Shown here: one piece after another, positions 1 through 13,406 of the stretch
How positions within the stretch are numbered: the stretch's first letter is position 1
How the letters are laid out: each line of letters opens with the position of its first letter
Source: Marsupella aquatica
Lineage: Eukaryota; Plantae; Marchantiophyta
Length of the DNA stretch: 64,000 nt
NCBI GenBank assembly: GCA_973895155.1
Contig: OZ316897.1
Span: forward strand, 3,690,211-3,754,210
Reading direction: 5' to 3'
Notes under the pieces: generated by a model
What the model was told of the DNA's origin: nothing
Databases searched by the model: none
Seen by the model: the letters and a program-made list of their open reading frames with translations, nothing else
Made by a program: the position numbers and the translations under genes

Positions 1-819
1 TCTCTCGTTCTCATGGTCTCTTATCAAAACATAAGGGTATGCAATCATGCTCTGTTTTCCTCAGGCTCCTACCCTCAATCATGGCCTTTCTGATGGTCAC
101 TTATCCACACACTAGAGTATGCAATCATGCTTCTTTTTTTTCATGGTCTGTTTGCTAAATATCATGTTAGTAGAAAGTTTCCCCTGCTGTTTTACAATGA
201 TGACAAATTTTCTTATCAAGAAATGTACCTAAAGGGGCCATTGTGCACATTTTGTGTGTCCAACGCATCTCTCCCCCCAAACTTGCATACTAGATTGACT
301 TCTTGACTCCCTTCACCACCCTACCCAAGACTAAGTATCTCACTAGTCTCATTTATGCTCAACAACACCATAATGATCCCTCTATGTCCATTTCATACAA
401 GCATTGGGCCAATATTCTTGTGTTGCATAAAAGATGTGGTAATGCAAAAGATGTTTGTAAAAAACATATTCTTGAGTAAAATATATTAATGCAAAAAGCA
501 TTTTGTTTCAAAAGATGTTGTGGAGGAAGTCCTTGCAACAACGAGGTGTCATGGAGTCTTGTGCACATTGTCACTCTCCCTTGGAATCCAGTTGCCAGTT
601 AATTTGACTCCTCACATTGTCCAATTGTCCCACCATCTCATTTATATTTGACAACACTTTCACTCATCAATATTGCTGCTATATCCACAATCCTATGCTA
701 TGCTGGGGCATTAGACTATGTACAAGAGATTTCTTGCTAAGAGCAATGTACTATATGTACTCTTTATTTTGAAAGTAATGCTGGGATGGACCACTCCTAC
801 AAACCTTACAAACCCTATG

Positions 820-1041
820 AACCAGATTACTGTTCACTAAATAAAGTTCAACGTCCCTTTCAATGAAAGTCTGCTATCTGAGTACTAAGAAAGCTTTTTC
901 TGTAATCCATCTGGGTTGCCCTCGTCCATCAACCAGATTACTGTTCACTAAATAAAGTTCAACGTCCCTTTCAATGAAAGTCTGCTATCTGAGTACTAAG
1001 AAAGCTTTTACTGTGATCAATCTGGGTTGCCCTGGTCCATC
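820..1041. repeat. Tandem duplication, 2 x 111 bp
   Basis: aaccagattactgttcactaaataaagttc...gtccatc starts at 820 and again at 931; the copies are near identical. Confidence 0.95.
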
Positions 1042-1096
1042 TGTAAACGTTAAGGTCCATGGGGGCTTTAGTTGAGTTTATTTATTTCAATTTACA

Positions 1097-1283
1097 TTGT
1101 CACTAAAGATGTTTGAATTTATAATATTGTCATTATTTTTTATATTTATGAAAAAGCTATAATTTTAGTATATAATATTCCTAGTTATTTTGGTAAACTT
1201 GTGATAATATACAAAATAGTGACATTTTTATAAATAAAAAATAATAATGATAATATTATGAATTAGAACATCATTAATGACAA
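1097..1283. mobile_element. AT-rich foldback / MITE-like element with ~70-bp imperfect inverted arms
   Basis: Left arm ttgtcactaaagatgtttgaatttataatattgtcattatt (from 1097) matches the reverse complement of the right arm ending ...aataatgataatattatgaattagaacatcattaatgacaa (1283). No TSD identified. Confidence 0.6.
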
Positions 1284-4200
1284 AATAATCAAAAAGCTTT
1301 ATTCTTTTACTGGTCCCCGACTGCGACGCGGCATGGAACCCTTCAGTGTAGAGAAGGCCCCCCGTAAGGCTCTCGATCGCTCGTAGAGGCGAAAAGTGTC
1401 GTCCATCGCCTCTCCTCTCCTCTGCTCTCCATCGCCAGGACGAGGACCAGAGCAGAAGGTCGAGAAGAGGGAGAGATCACATTGAAACAGCATCTGCATC
1501 AGCAGGAAAGGCGGATCTGATTGGTTTCATGGTTGCACGTCTGTCGGCCGTCCACTACGAAGGGAGAGCAGGGCGAGCAAACGAAGCCACGAAAGAAACG
1601 AGAGAGCAAGGGTTCATCGGTTGAAGATTTAAGGAAAGGTAATCGAATTCGGTGTCTTTTGCTCTCTCAAGCACCGTTGCGTACTCGCTCTGTGACTTCC
1701 CGTGTTCTTGTGCTTCTGCTGGACTTGTGGCTACAGGAAGGCCAAGCTGAGACAGACGCTGTCTCGCACCCCCCCTCATGCATATGCAGTCTTTCTACAG
1801 TCCCGCTGAATTGGATTTGATGTCTGTCAACGAACAAGCACGGCTCTCACTCTCTCTCTGTGTCTTCAGATAGGGTTTTTTTTTTGTGTGTGTGTGTGTG
1901 TGGAAGGTTTTCCTGATACTGTCATAGGGAAAGCCGAGCGCTCAACGGAGGCCTTTGAAAGGAGATTTTGTGCATGTAATTCGCAGATTCAATTGAGTCT
2001 TGCTCAGAGCTGGAACTCTCGGCTCCTTCGCTGTGTGTAATTCGCTGCGCTTCTGCAATCGAGCGCCTATTTATATAGTCGATGTGAGAAGAGTCTAGGG
2101 TGTGTAGTCAAGTTACGTCTGCCATTCTATCTGCCTTTCCGCTTGCGCTTCTACTGTCACATCCGATTGTTACTTCTGTTGCAAGAAAATTACTGGGAGA
2201 GAGGCGAGTCACAGGTCCGAATTTAGGTTCAGGTTCTGTCAGTGTGTAGCAGCCAGAGGGTGGATGGAACGAGAGTCATCTGATGAGAAGGAGACTTGGT
2301 GACAGCGGTTGATCCTGTTGTGGTTCTTTCTCATTGTGGCTGCAGGTCTTCGGTTACATTCGGTGGCGGACAAATCTAAATTGTAGCCATGTCTCGCTTC
2401 GTTCTTGCCCTCTTGGCTGCTGCAGTGACCATTTGTCTTACGTCTGTAATCCACGCAGCACCACAGGTTTGCTCCATTCTATTATTTTCTCTCAAGAAAT
2501 GTAGATTGCGTTCAGTCATCATATTGTTGAGAAGTCTATACTACGAGGGAAGGTCATACTAATGACTTCGCTCGATTCATTCTACAAACCTAGCATCTGT
2601 GATCTATTGAGCTCCTGCGTAGGTTGTATCCTTATGTTGCCATAATCTCAGTTGAATTCTCACTTCATGCTTACCTAGGGTACATCGTCCCGAAGAGCTA
2701 GTGTGGAAGAAGAGATGAGTCGTCGAGCACGTCTGCTTATATGTGCAATTCTGTAGAATGTCGATATATTTGGCATGATGTGTCGTTTGGAAGCATATTA
2801 AGAGCTACTTAGTCATGTTCGCGTCATGCAAGCGAAGTCGCTCCCATTACATGTGTCAATCAGGGTCTTACTCGTACGAATTACCCCGGTCTTGTGTGTC
2901 GTTTCAAGCTGTAGTACAGTTTCGAAATACTAGAATCCTTTTCCATGTCTTAATTTGGTCAGAAGTTGTGAACAATCTATTACTTTGTTGTGACCGAAGG
3001 TTTGGAAAGTTTTTGGAATTGATCGGATTTTTGTGTGGTACGCAGGACAATTTGGTTGGAAGGGTTCTTTTCCTCGAGGGCGGTAGCGAAGGGTACTTGC
3101 GTCAAAGTTTTTCAGAGGGCATTGTAGAGGTATGGCGGTGATTGTTGGGGTTTCATAAGGAAGGGATTTCCATACTTTCCCTTTAACACTCCTATTTTGA
3201 TTCTCAAGTTTGGATGGCTGTATTAGTCCCTGAAGAGTATCACGTCATTTATTTTGACGATGGAGATGGGTTACGTGTACGCATTATCCGTGATGTAGCA
3301 GCTAAACTGTGAGTTGGCGAATATCTACTTGACGGGGTGCTGGAACTGCAGGAGAAAGTGATTTCTGGAGAAGATACCGCTGCTGCTATCGCAGTGCTTC
3401 TAGGGGTACCTCCACCCGTTACGCTGAGCTCAGCCTCCTCTGCCCGTGTAAGGTTTCCCCAACCGAGCCCTCACCAAGTGAATTTTGTTTCCTTAGTCGA
3501 AGGGGTAGGAAAGATGACAGATGATTTGCTGAGACTGACTTTCATGTTTCGAGTCAAAATGTCGTCCAGACTTTCAGCAGGGAAATTAGTGGCACCTCGA
3601 ACTCCTTCGGATAGCGTCGTGCATGTCTAGTAAACGAATCACACTTTTGGAAGTTTGTCTGAGAGTTGTCTAGGGTGTTGTCATCTGGTATTTGGCTGAA
3701 AGATGCATTAGACTTGGGTCATCTCATGCGATTGAAAAGAACGTCTGGCATTGTCTCACATGTCTCCGAAATTTTCAATCAGCTTAATTCGCTGCTATCA
3801 CCGAACCCCTTTAAGCGACCTGATGCAGTAGTCGCCCTTACTATAAGAGGCATCATTTCAGGTGTGTAGTTTACTTATATGTTGGCAGACGTGTTATCAC
3901 TTTGAATCTTTGTTTGTGATCCTTTTTCTTTTTTCTCCTTTGAATGCCTCTAAGGGTGCGTGTCATGTGGGCTGAAAATTTGCAGAGTCACCATTCTTCA
4001 AAGAAATTGTTGAGATTACTAGGTCCTCCCCCATTTCAAAGCAACGGTTAATTTCTGCAAATGCTTTTCAGAGACCTCAAGAGCTTCCTGGTATGTGGCC
4101 TTTGATCGGATATTTTATCTTGTAGTGACCCAAGACCCGCTTTTTCGGACTTCCCTGTGTAGTATGCATGTGCTAATGTGCTATTTGGAATTTTGTGATG

Positions 4201-4959
4201 TTTGTGTATTGCAGGTCGGGATGTGTCTCTCCATTCTTTGAACTATGGAGAGTATACTCATGATTTGAAGCAAGGCCTTAAGGATTTGGTACGACTGATA
4301 TACCTTTGTTCTTACATGCTGTTTGAGGATACGGGCTGGGACTGCTTGGTTAAGTGAAGGGACTATCTAAATTTTCGGCAATACTGTGATTTTTGGGAAA
4401 TTGCAGGGGCATTCGCTTGGGGATTTTTCACTTCAATTTACCTGTTCGGACTAGTGACAGATTTATGTCTTAAAAGAAACTGAAATTTCTTTACAGAACG
4501 GTTCTTGTGACTAGTAGCATTGAAGAGAGATTTGTGTAGCTCCTCTCCAAGCTTGTTATGTACTGATGTGTTGCGTCGCTTTTTGGATGATGACAGGGTT
4601 CATTCCTGGAAGGGCGGTGGAACGACGAAACGGAGAGTGAAGGCGTGTTGTCAATCCCACTGCCACATGCTAATGGCCTTTTCGTCCCCATTGACCTCGC
4701 GGAGGTAGCTATGAAGATCCATAATTATTTATGCTATGGAAGGTTGTCAGGATTACACGAGGATGTACTAGTCACCCATTAGTTTGGACCTAATCGTCTT
4801 TACTTCTATACTGTGCAGAGGGCAGACCGCCAGTTTGCCAAAGAGCTACTATCACTTCTCCATGTCACCCAATCAGCGCCTAGACTGCAAGATGTCCAAA
4901 CCCACGCAAATTTGGTCTTGGGTACTTTCAGCGCTCTTGAGGTATGCACGCATTCTAAT

Positions 4960-5233
4960 CTTGATATTAGATTCAGCGACCCGCAAGTTATTACTGAGTC
5001 TTTATTAGCTGGATTTTGTACTATCGCTAGGGTGGGTGGCAATGGAAAACAGTTTGAGTGGTCTTGGCAAAGATTCTATGTGCTTTGTGTGCACGTATCT
5101 TACTCTTGATATTAGAGTCGGTGACCTGCAAGTCATTATTGAGTATCCATTAGCTGAATTTTGGTACTATCGTTTTCGTGGGTGGCAATGAGGAACCACT
5201 TTGAAGGTTCTTAACATTGATTCTGTATGCTTT
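4960..5233. repeat. Degenerate tandem duplication, ~145-bp unit x2
   Basis: cttgatattaga...gggtggcaatg...gattct.t.tgcttt recurs at 4960 and 5105. Confidence 0.8.
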
Positions 5234-7704
5234 TATTTATCTGATTTTGTGGTCGTTATTCTCAGTTGATGGAGGAGGGTTCTCAACATAGGCAGGATGC
5301 AACTAGGCTTTTCCTGCACACAGCTGCTCGGGTTTTGAGTATACTGGAAGCAGAATACAAGGGTTGGTTGAATGCTCGATTTTTTCCCGTCAGTTTCAGT
5401 AGGTATTTTGCCACTTCGGAAAAAGTTGGAGGGGACACTTTGCAGAGTAGCCAGTGCTTGATTACAATTGTAATGATTTGTAGATTGGCAATGCATTCCC
5501 CTAGAAAGGTTGATCTTTGATAATCTTGGACATATGCGCATGCAGGTCAAATGGTCGGTGTAGTTACATTGTTGAGCACTGCTGGGACACAAGTACCATT
5601 GTTTAGCATCGTGGAGTCTAGATCTTCTCGTTCCCTTTTGGATGAATCTTTGGCTCCCTCTCCTAGTCAGGCCCCTTTAAATCAGACCCTGCATGCTGCG
5701 GAGATAAAATTATTACTTAGCCGTTCCCTCCTGGTTGTGACGACCCTGATTCTACTAATTGCCTCTGGGCTTGGGGTAAGCTGTCTTTGACATGCGCCAT
5801 GCTGAATATTAACATGTTCATTTCATTTTATGTTCGTAGACTTGCATCCCTGCTTGGAACTTTTTTATCAACTGCTCTAGGTGCGTTTATTCTTTATGGT
5901 TTGATGACCCTTCTGCTTTCTCTCACTAACATTCCAACTTTTTCCTTGCAGAGTTGTTTCCTATTTCTCATGCCCTTGACACGAGACACGTTACTTTATG
6001 CCAATGTCAAGCTGGATTAGTGCTCTTAAAAATCCCATCTCGATGGGTTTGTAAATTCAAGTGACGTGTTTTCGATCGAGTATACTATCGTCGAACCTCG
6101 GGACGAGTGGTATTTTCCTGTAGTAAGTATTTATGTAGAAACTACGCTGCGCTTCCCATTCAGAAGGAGGGAGATTTCGGTATAATGTGAAGGTGTGACA
6201 ACCCTACACACTGCTGCAAGACCACAACTGCAGGATTTGGAACTGAGAAGTTTTATAGGAGCAACCCCTGATTTTTGAGATGTTGACGAATCTGTCTATT
6301 TCTCCGGAATACGAAGGTCCTAAGACATGTATCACTCTACTGAGCATCGTCTGCGAGCAAGGATCCTTTTGATGTAGTTTTTATACAGCCAGATATCTGC
6401 TTCTACTCGAGGAACCTTGGTCGTTGTTACGCCAACAGCTGATGGCAGAGCTCCTGTGTGAGAGGGTATGGTGGTTTGCATGAAGCCTTCCAATGCTTCA
6501 CCCACAGCTGAAAGGCAGTCTCTTTGTGTACCATAGGAAATATTCCAACCCCGATTGCTCAAGATGCGTTGCTTTAAATGGTTCCCTCGAAATCTGTTTC
6601 TCGTTCACGTGTTGTCAGAAACTGTAGGACTGAATAGATAGGGTGGGTATTTCTTTAAAGTTATTGCAAACGTGAAGATCAAAGCTTAATAGTCTCCCTT
6701 GTTGGAGTCCTGATAAATGCACCGTTATCTGAGGCTTGAGATTTTTTCGACTTAAACAGTATCTCTACTTTCTGTTTGAGGATTACGCTTGGTTCACGAA
6801 GGCCCTGATCGAGAATACTATCTGAGTTGGGATCTGAGTTGGGATTCAATTGCACTGGCAAGAACTCTCTTCTTCAATTTGCATGGATGTTAGGAGGCTT
6901 TTGTAAGTCTATTATCAGCTGGGAAGATCATGCTCTTGGCAGAAGTCAATGGTGGTCATCAACTGTTGCAACTGATCTAAGCAGATATTTCCTGTTTAGG
7001 GGAACGGTATAATTATTGATCGATCTAAGCTCATCCCATACCATAGTCGTGAATGCCCCTGAAATTGTATGTCCCTGACAATTGTATGTTCCCGAGGTTG
7101 CTGTGGCCTTGGCTTTTGTATTTTCCTGGCTGTTCTTTTTAAAGTGGTTCTACCTATTCAAAAAAAGCAAAACCACCTGACTGGGGCTAATGGTGAGCTC
7201 ACATTGCTGGAGGGTGGCGTCTCAAGTTCAATTCCGCACTAAGGATTCTGCTGAGTTCAATTCTGAACAATCCTGCTGCGGATGGGTTCACTCCTGAACA
7301 ATTCCGCTCCTGCATGCTATATGGGTTCGGTGCCAAATTTCTTCAGCAGATAAAATGTGTTATATATCTCGATGGATTCCGTGCCAAAATTCTTCAGCAG
7401 ATAGAACGATACATTTCCTGCATGTTATATGGGTTCTGTGCCAAACTGCTTCAGCGCATGAATTGCGCTCCACATGTGTTATACATAGTCTGTATGGTAA
7501 CTTTTGGCAGGATCATATATTACTTTTGGCAGGATCATATATTATAGTAGATGATGAAATAAAAAAATTTAGAGTGAAACATCCTGACCATAACTTGGGG
7601 CACAAGTACTCGTGGGATTGGAACTGGAAAGGAGCATATCTATTTGCGAGGAAGGACATTGAGGCTACTTATTGCCAATAATAGCCTTGTAAAATGGGAG
7701 TTGA

Positions 7705-8822
7705 AACGGGGGACTTTACAGGAACTTACACAAGATTTGTCTAGGAAACACCCTGTGGCAGAGGGCTTTGCACTTAATAAGTTACTGTGGCAGAGGGTTG
7801 TAAAGTAGCTTACCCAGGACTGTTCTCTAAAACACCGTGTGGCCAAGGGCTTTACAGTAGTTTACGCAAGGCACTTCTCCAAAACACCCTATGCGGAGGG
7901 CTCTACAGTAACACAAGACACTTCTAAAAAACACGCCTTGGCAAAGGGGTTCACAGTAACTTACACACGACACTTTTTCAAGACATGCTGTGGCGGAGGG
8001 CTCTACAATAATTAACACACTCAATAATTAACAAACTCAAGTTCATTCTACAATAATTAACACACTCAAGTCCATTAAGTGTTTCAAAAAGCTGATAATT
8101 TGATGGACCTTAACTCTCTAGTTATGGGTTATGGACAAAAAAGAGTTATGGACTACTTTAGTTATGGCTCTAGTTCATAATCCATAACCTTTTGTCATTA
8201 AAGATTGGTCTTATGCCATAACCATTAGTCACTGCAAATAATTTGATGGACCTTAACTCTCTAATTATGGGTTATGGACAAAAACGAGTTATGGACTACT
8301 TAGTTATGGTTCTAATTCATATTCCATAATATTTTGCCATTAAAGATTGGTCTTATGCCATAATCATTAGTCAGGCTCAAGTAGATAATTTGATTGACGA
8401 TAACTCTCTAGTTATGTCATGGGTTATGGACAAAAAAGAGTTATGGACTACTTTAGTTACCTTTTGTTTATGACCAAATGTCATCATCTTCAAGACTCCC
8501 ATTGTGGGAGAGGGCTTTACAGTCACTTAGGCAAGACTCTTCTTGAAAAACACCCTGTGGCGGAGGGCTCTACAGTAACTTAGGCAAGACACTTTTCCAA
8601 AACACCCTGTAGCAGAGGGCTCTATAGTAACTTACAGAAGCCACTCTATTGTGGCGGAGGGCTTTACAGGTTTTACACAAGACACTTCTCAAAGATGGCC
8701 GGGGGGGAGCTTTACAGTAAGTTACACAAGACACTTCTCAAAGATGGCGGGGGGCTTTACAGTAAGTTACACAAGACACTTCTCGAAAATGGCGGGGGGC
8801 TTTACAGTAAGTTACACAAGAC
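7705..8822. repeat. ~47-53-bp minisatellite array (gggctttacagtaacttacacaagacacttctc...), interrupted at ~8010-8500 by an unrelated AT-rich insert
   Basis: Degenerate copies at 7705-8008 and 8505-8822; the last three copies are nearly identical. Confidence 0.9.
8095..8460. repeat. ~145-bp AT-rich tandem repeat (~2.5 copies) nested in the minisatellite
   Basis: ataatttgatggaccttaactctcta...gggttatggacaaaaa.gagttatggactact starts at 8095, 8238 and 8385. Confidence 0.9.
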
Positions 8823-9065
8823 AGTGAGTCCCCATTTGCTGGACGGATAGAGTTTCCAGTACTCTCTGATGATGGGCCCTCCGCACCCTTCAACCTCTGC
8901 TTTGCCTCGGAGGCGAGGCAAAAGGGAAGGCAATCCTGCTCGAGCAAACTCCGCGTGATTCCTCTGCGAATTGGTAGACTAATGCCGTCATCACTCTGAA
9001 GCTCCGAGCTCTTGAAAGAGTCACTCAATTTGCCGAACCGTCGTCTAAAACCCACGCTGAGCGAG

Positions 9066-11661
9066 ATGGCGCAGCTATGTCTCCACCCCGTTTCCATGGC
9101 GTCATGCGGGCGCAACACTCTGGCGCTGGCGGTGCCGAGTGCTGGACCTCGCAGCAGCAAAGCAGCACGAAACTCTGGTTTCGTTTCAATTCGGTGCTCT
9201 GGTGAGTTTGTGTGGTAATTCTGTTTGTCATTGATTTGTCGCTCTGATGTTCCGGAGTAGGGGATGTGTGTGCCGAGTCGTGGTCACCCTTAGAGCCTTT
9301 CAGTGGACACTTATGGGGAGACTGTCAACATCCCGCTGAATGTGGGGCAATGGATAAGATGATCTTACTGCCACTGAGGCAGCTGAGGCTTTGTAGCAAC
9401 GAGCACAATCCAAGCCAAAGACTGCTGTCAATTACTCGCTGGAACTCGCGGATTATGGATGGATTCGTGCTGGCTTGAATCTAATCCACCATCATCGTGG
9501 CGAAGGGTCTCTGATCTTGAGCAGAAGATGGTCACGCCCCCCGCAATTTAGTGAAGTCACTAACATACCATTATATGACTTGCTAGCTACGCATTGCCAG
9601 TATCCTGGAAATTGCCGATTTGCGCTTGCTATTGTGTCGAGAAAGATAATTTCCCAGCATCCCTTTTGTCCAGCATACTGAGAGATTAATGGGGGTAAAA
9701 TCCTCGATGTTTGCTGATGGTAGCAGTGCTCCGGAAATTGAGGAGGCGACGCTCAGCAGCTTTGTTTTTCAGCGAACATTTTACCCTATGAGCTGCTTTC
9801 TCATTGTTGAGGCTAGGGCTAGACTGTAATCTAGACAGTTAAGGCATTGAGTTTCTGAATTGCTTTGTCAATCAGATCAGAAGTTTTTACTGAGGCACTT
9901 GACATCTAGTTCAGATCAGGGAATTCCATGTTCTCGCCAGTTAGTCTCCTGGTTGCTGACCTTCTGCTCTCCCTTGCAATTCTGGACTCTTGGGTATTCT
10001 TTGGACATTTTTTCTTATGGCCGTTTCGAGTCGATTGGTGGATTTTAAACTCATTCATCGAGCTAGTGACGTCTCGTCACTACGGTGAATCGACGTTTTG
10101 TTTCTCATCCAATGATGGTTTCGGGGATATGTACGAGACGTAATCGATCGAATAACATAGTTTTCAACTTCCTCAGGATGAAGCAACCTCTGATGGGATC
10201 CAAGGTAGAGACCTACGAGATTCTACAGAGCATACCCACTTGGTTCATTATCCCTAACGAGTAGAGGCTGGCAAAGGTTTCAACTGTATTTAATAGGACT
10301 TACTCCTTCTCCGTCCTTTTACTGTACACATGTATGACTTAGACGAGACCTCAAACACTTATCAAAGATTTGTTTATATCTTCTTTGTATACTTACGTGT
10401 GCAGTAAAAAAATTGCAGTTGCTTGTGTATCTCGGACTGTGCCTTAATCACCTTGCCCCACTCGTACGATTTTGGTTTTTGCTTCTTGGTTCGAGCAGGT
10501 GCTAACTTGGCCGGAAGTTCTGAGGATTGCGAGACTTCTCCGAAACCACGGCTTTCAGAGACTGTCACGAGATTAGCCTGTGGTTTATGCGCTGCCCTCA
10601 CAGTAGCAACTGCCTTCCCATCCTTAGCAAATACGAAACCGGTAAGCTGTATTTTGTTTAGGATTATTGCAAAATATTTTCGTACATTGTTGCATCCTCA
10701 CCATCTTGCTGGCCACTTCTGGATAATTTTCTCCTGTCATTTGGACGTAGCAGTGCTTCACCCCGGTTTTTAGCTGCTGAAGAATCATATTGTCGTTTTT
10801 GGCCTCCGAGATGAAAATTAATCAAGAGATGTCTGAGCTGAGGACAAGCTGGTCACGTATTTTGATTCCTGGTTTTATTGCTGTCATTCTCTAATGAAAT
10901 CAAAACTCAATGATTTTAGCGTACCAGTGGACGAATTAAGGAAGTTTGGTTGTACTTAGTGATTTCGAGATGCTAAATTGAGCTTCTTTTTTATGATTCT
11001 AGGCTAGACTGCCTCCTCTATCGACAGATCCTGCTCGGTGCCAAAGAGCTTATGATGGAAATACAATAGGGCAGGCCAATGGCGTGTCGGACATTGTCCT
11101 TGACCTTCGCTTCTGTGACTATACAAATGATGTAAAGTTGAAGGGCAAAACGCTGTCTTCTGCGCTCATGAGCGCTGCGAAATTCGATGGGGCAGATTTG
11201 ACTGAGGTGGTCATGTCCAAAGCATACGCTGTGGGTGCCAGCTTCAAAGGTACCATATTCAAGGCTTTGAATGTTATGTGGCTTAATCATCCTTCCTGTT
11301 TTTCCCTTTGTCAGCAGCTAATGGCGCGGGGAATTGGATGATTGAATCCTTTCCTGGACACGAAAGATATAGGTTTGATAGACATGGCATGTTGTGATGG
11401 GGCAGTACCTAATGGGATTTGCACACTCCTTGTACAGGCACCAATTTCACGAACGCCGTGGTGGATAGGGTCGCCTTTGATGACTCAGACATGCGTGGTG
11501 TGAGATTCATAAACACTGTACTCTCGGGGTCCACTTTTAAAGGAGCAAATTTAGAAGATGCATCTTTCGAGGATGCTCTGATAGGTTACGTTGATATCAA
11601 AAATCTATGTACAAATCCTACCCTCTCTACCACAAACAGAGAGGAGCTTGGCTGCAAGTGA
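9066..11661 (+). CDS. TL17: Thylakoid lumenal 17.4 kDa pentapeptide-repeat protein, chloroplast precursor (249 aa)
   Basis: Exons 9066-9201, 10499-10641, 11003-11249 and 11438-11661 with GT-AG introns, total 750 nt. Transit peptide and hydrophobic lumen signal are followed by RLPPLSTDPARCQRAYDGNTIGQANG...DLRFCDY...AKFDGADLTEVVMSKAYAVGASFKGTNFTNAVVDRV...LGCK, recognisably the At5g53490-type protein. Confidence 0.93.
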
Positions 11662-12447
11662 TGACCTTGAATGGTAGTGACATGCTCAAATCTATCCATT
11701 GCTGAACCCTCCCTCAGGAAGGATCGATTTAGATGTCTCTTTATGGTCCTTCTTTGTGCTCTTGATTATTTGTTACGCTGTCCGGGCATTGATTTTGAGC
11801 AAGGTTGCATGGATGGAGTTGGTCTGTAGCCAGCTGTCTCGTTTACTCTTGAGGGGGCTTTTGGACTCTGTGAAACCAGCAGCAAATGGCATTGCTCGTG
11901 TGCATGTAGATTGCTCATAGCGGGGCCTTTATAATTTGTGATTGCAGCAGCAAATTTCATTGCTCCTGTGCATATTTGTGTGGGAATTCGGATTGCTCAA
12001 AGCCTCCAATCTGTGGAAAACTTGGAATGCTGTGTTTTGTGTATCATAGGAAAATTCTCAATTCTAACTCTGAATCTGCGGCTTTCGTTGGTTCTCGTCA
12101 GTGCCTGTTTGCCTTTGGAGAAAAAAGGGGCGAGAAACTGTTAGAATGAATGGATTGAGTGGGAAGTGGGAAGTGGGAACTTCTACCAAGGCTCAGTGTT
12201 TTCCTAACGAATTTGAAGTGCAGCCAAAGTGGCTGCTCCAATGGGACAGGGGCAGCGAGTCTGGTGACTCCATCTACCCCACCCCTTAGACAAATTGGTG
12301 ATTCCCTGGGCAAGGGTGAATAGGTTAAGCAATTGCTCAGAGGAAATAGGCAACCAAAGCAGAAAAGCAAGGAAACTGGCAAAAAAACGAGAAAACTTGT
12401 GACCTGATGCCACAAAGCCATACTGGTGATCTAATGTGGTGTCCGGG

Positions 12448-12690
12448 TAATTGCACATCATAATGATGACAATATAAAGTGTACCATGGCACCCCTGACC
12501 ATGATAAATCCAATTAAATTGCACATCAAAATGTGACAATATAAGTTAATTGTGACAATATAAAGTCATCAAAATGATGACAATATAAAGTGTACCATGG
12601 CACCCCTGACCATGATAAATCCCATTAAATTGCACATCAAAATGTGACAATATAAGCTGTACCATGGGACCCCAGACCAGGATAAATCCA
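12448..12690. repeat. Tandem repeat, ~110-bp unit with sub-repeats
   Basis: atgacaatataaagtgtaccatggcacccctgaccatgataaatcc..ttaaattgcacatcaaaatgtgacaatataag occurs twice, plus a partial third copy. Confidence 0.85.
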
Positions 12691-13406
12691 ATCATTCTGT
12701 TTGAATCATTGAGTGTTATTCTAAATCAAAATGTGAGAGCATCCCTACCGGACTCTGTGTCCTGGACACGGCATAAAGGGTTTTTGGCGACTTTAGTGGC
12801 GTGCGGGGCCCGATTGGTGTGTACCTGCCAATAAGGTACCCCACCAGCCTCGCTATTTCTACCACGGCAAACGGAGCGACTATGGTCACATCTAGACAAC
12901 TACAGTCACAACATCTGCTGGCTACAGTCTCGTCAGGCTCGCAAAGGTGTCCAGGAGCATTTGAAAGCAATGCAATTCAAATGAACACCATGGATTGTCG
13001 AGCGAACCGGTGAGGTCGATGCATTTGAAGGAATGATTCCCAAACGAATCGGAAGCAAATTAAAGAGACTTTGAAGCATGGCATCTGACCGACTCATACA
13101 ATGGAGAGCAAAATTGAAGAGGCAGATCGAGCAAGCTTATCAAGAATGGGATGATGAGGAGCAAACATGGTGGGAGACTGTTGTGGTGGTAGGTTCATTA
13201 TGAATAACTACGAACAGGGCCCAAGGAAGCGAGGTGGATCAAGGCCAGGAAAGGGAAGGAACATTGATCGGGACAGAGCACAAGGCCATGAGCAAATTTG
13301 GAAGGATTGTTTCGCTCAATCTCCAGTCTACACTAACAGACATTTCAGAGAAGGTGTAGAATGAGAAGACCTCTCTTTTGGCAAATTCATGATGATGTCT
13401 GCAAGG

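Noticed and set aside
1946-1968. miR477-like sequence (atctcctttcaaaggcctccg) on the minus strand
   Set aside because: It needs an indel plus mismatches, and no star arm forming a proper precursor was found.
7705-8822. CRISPR-like periodicity of ~50-bp repeats (also 14186-14680 and 19079-19280)
   Set aside because: The intervening sequences are related or cyclically repeated rather than unique spacers, there are no cas genes, and the context is eukaryotic.
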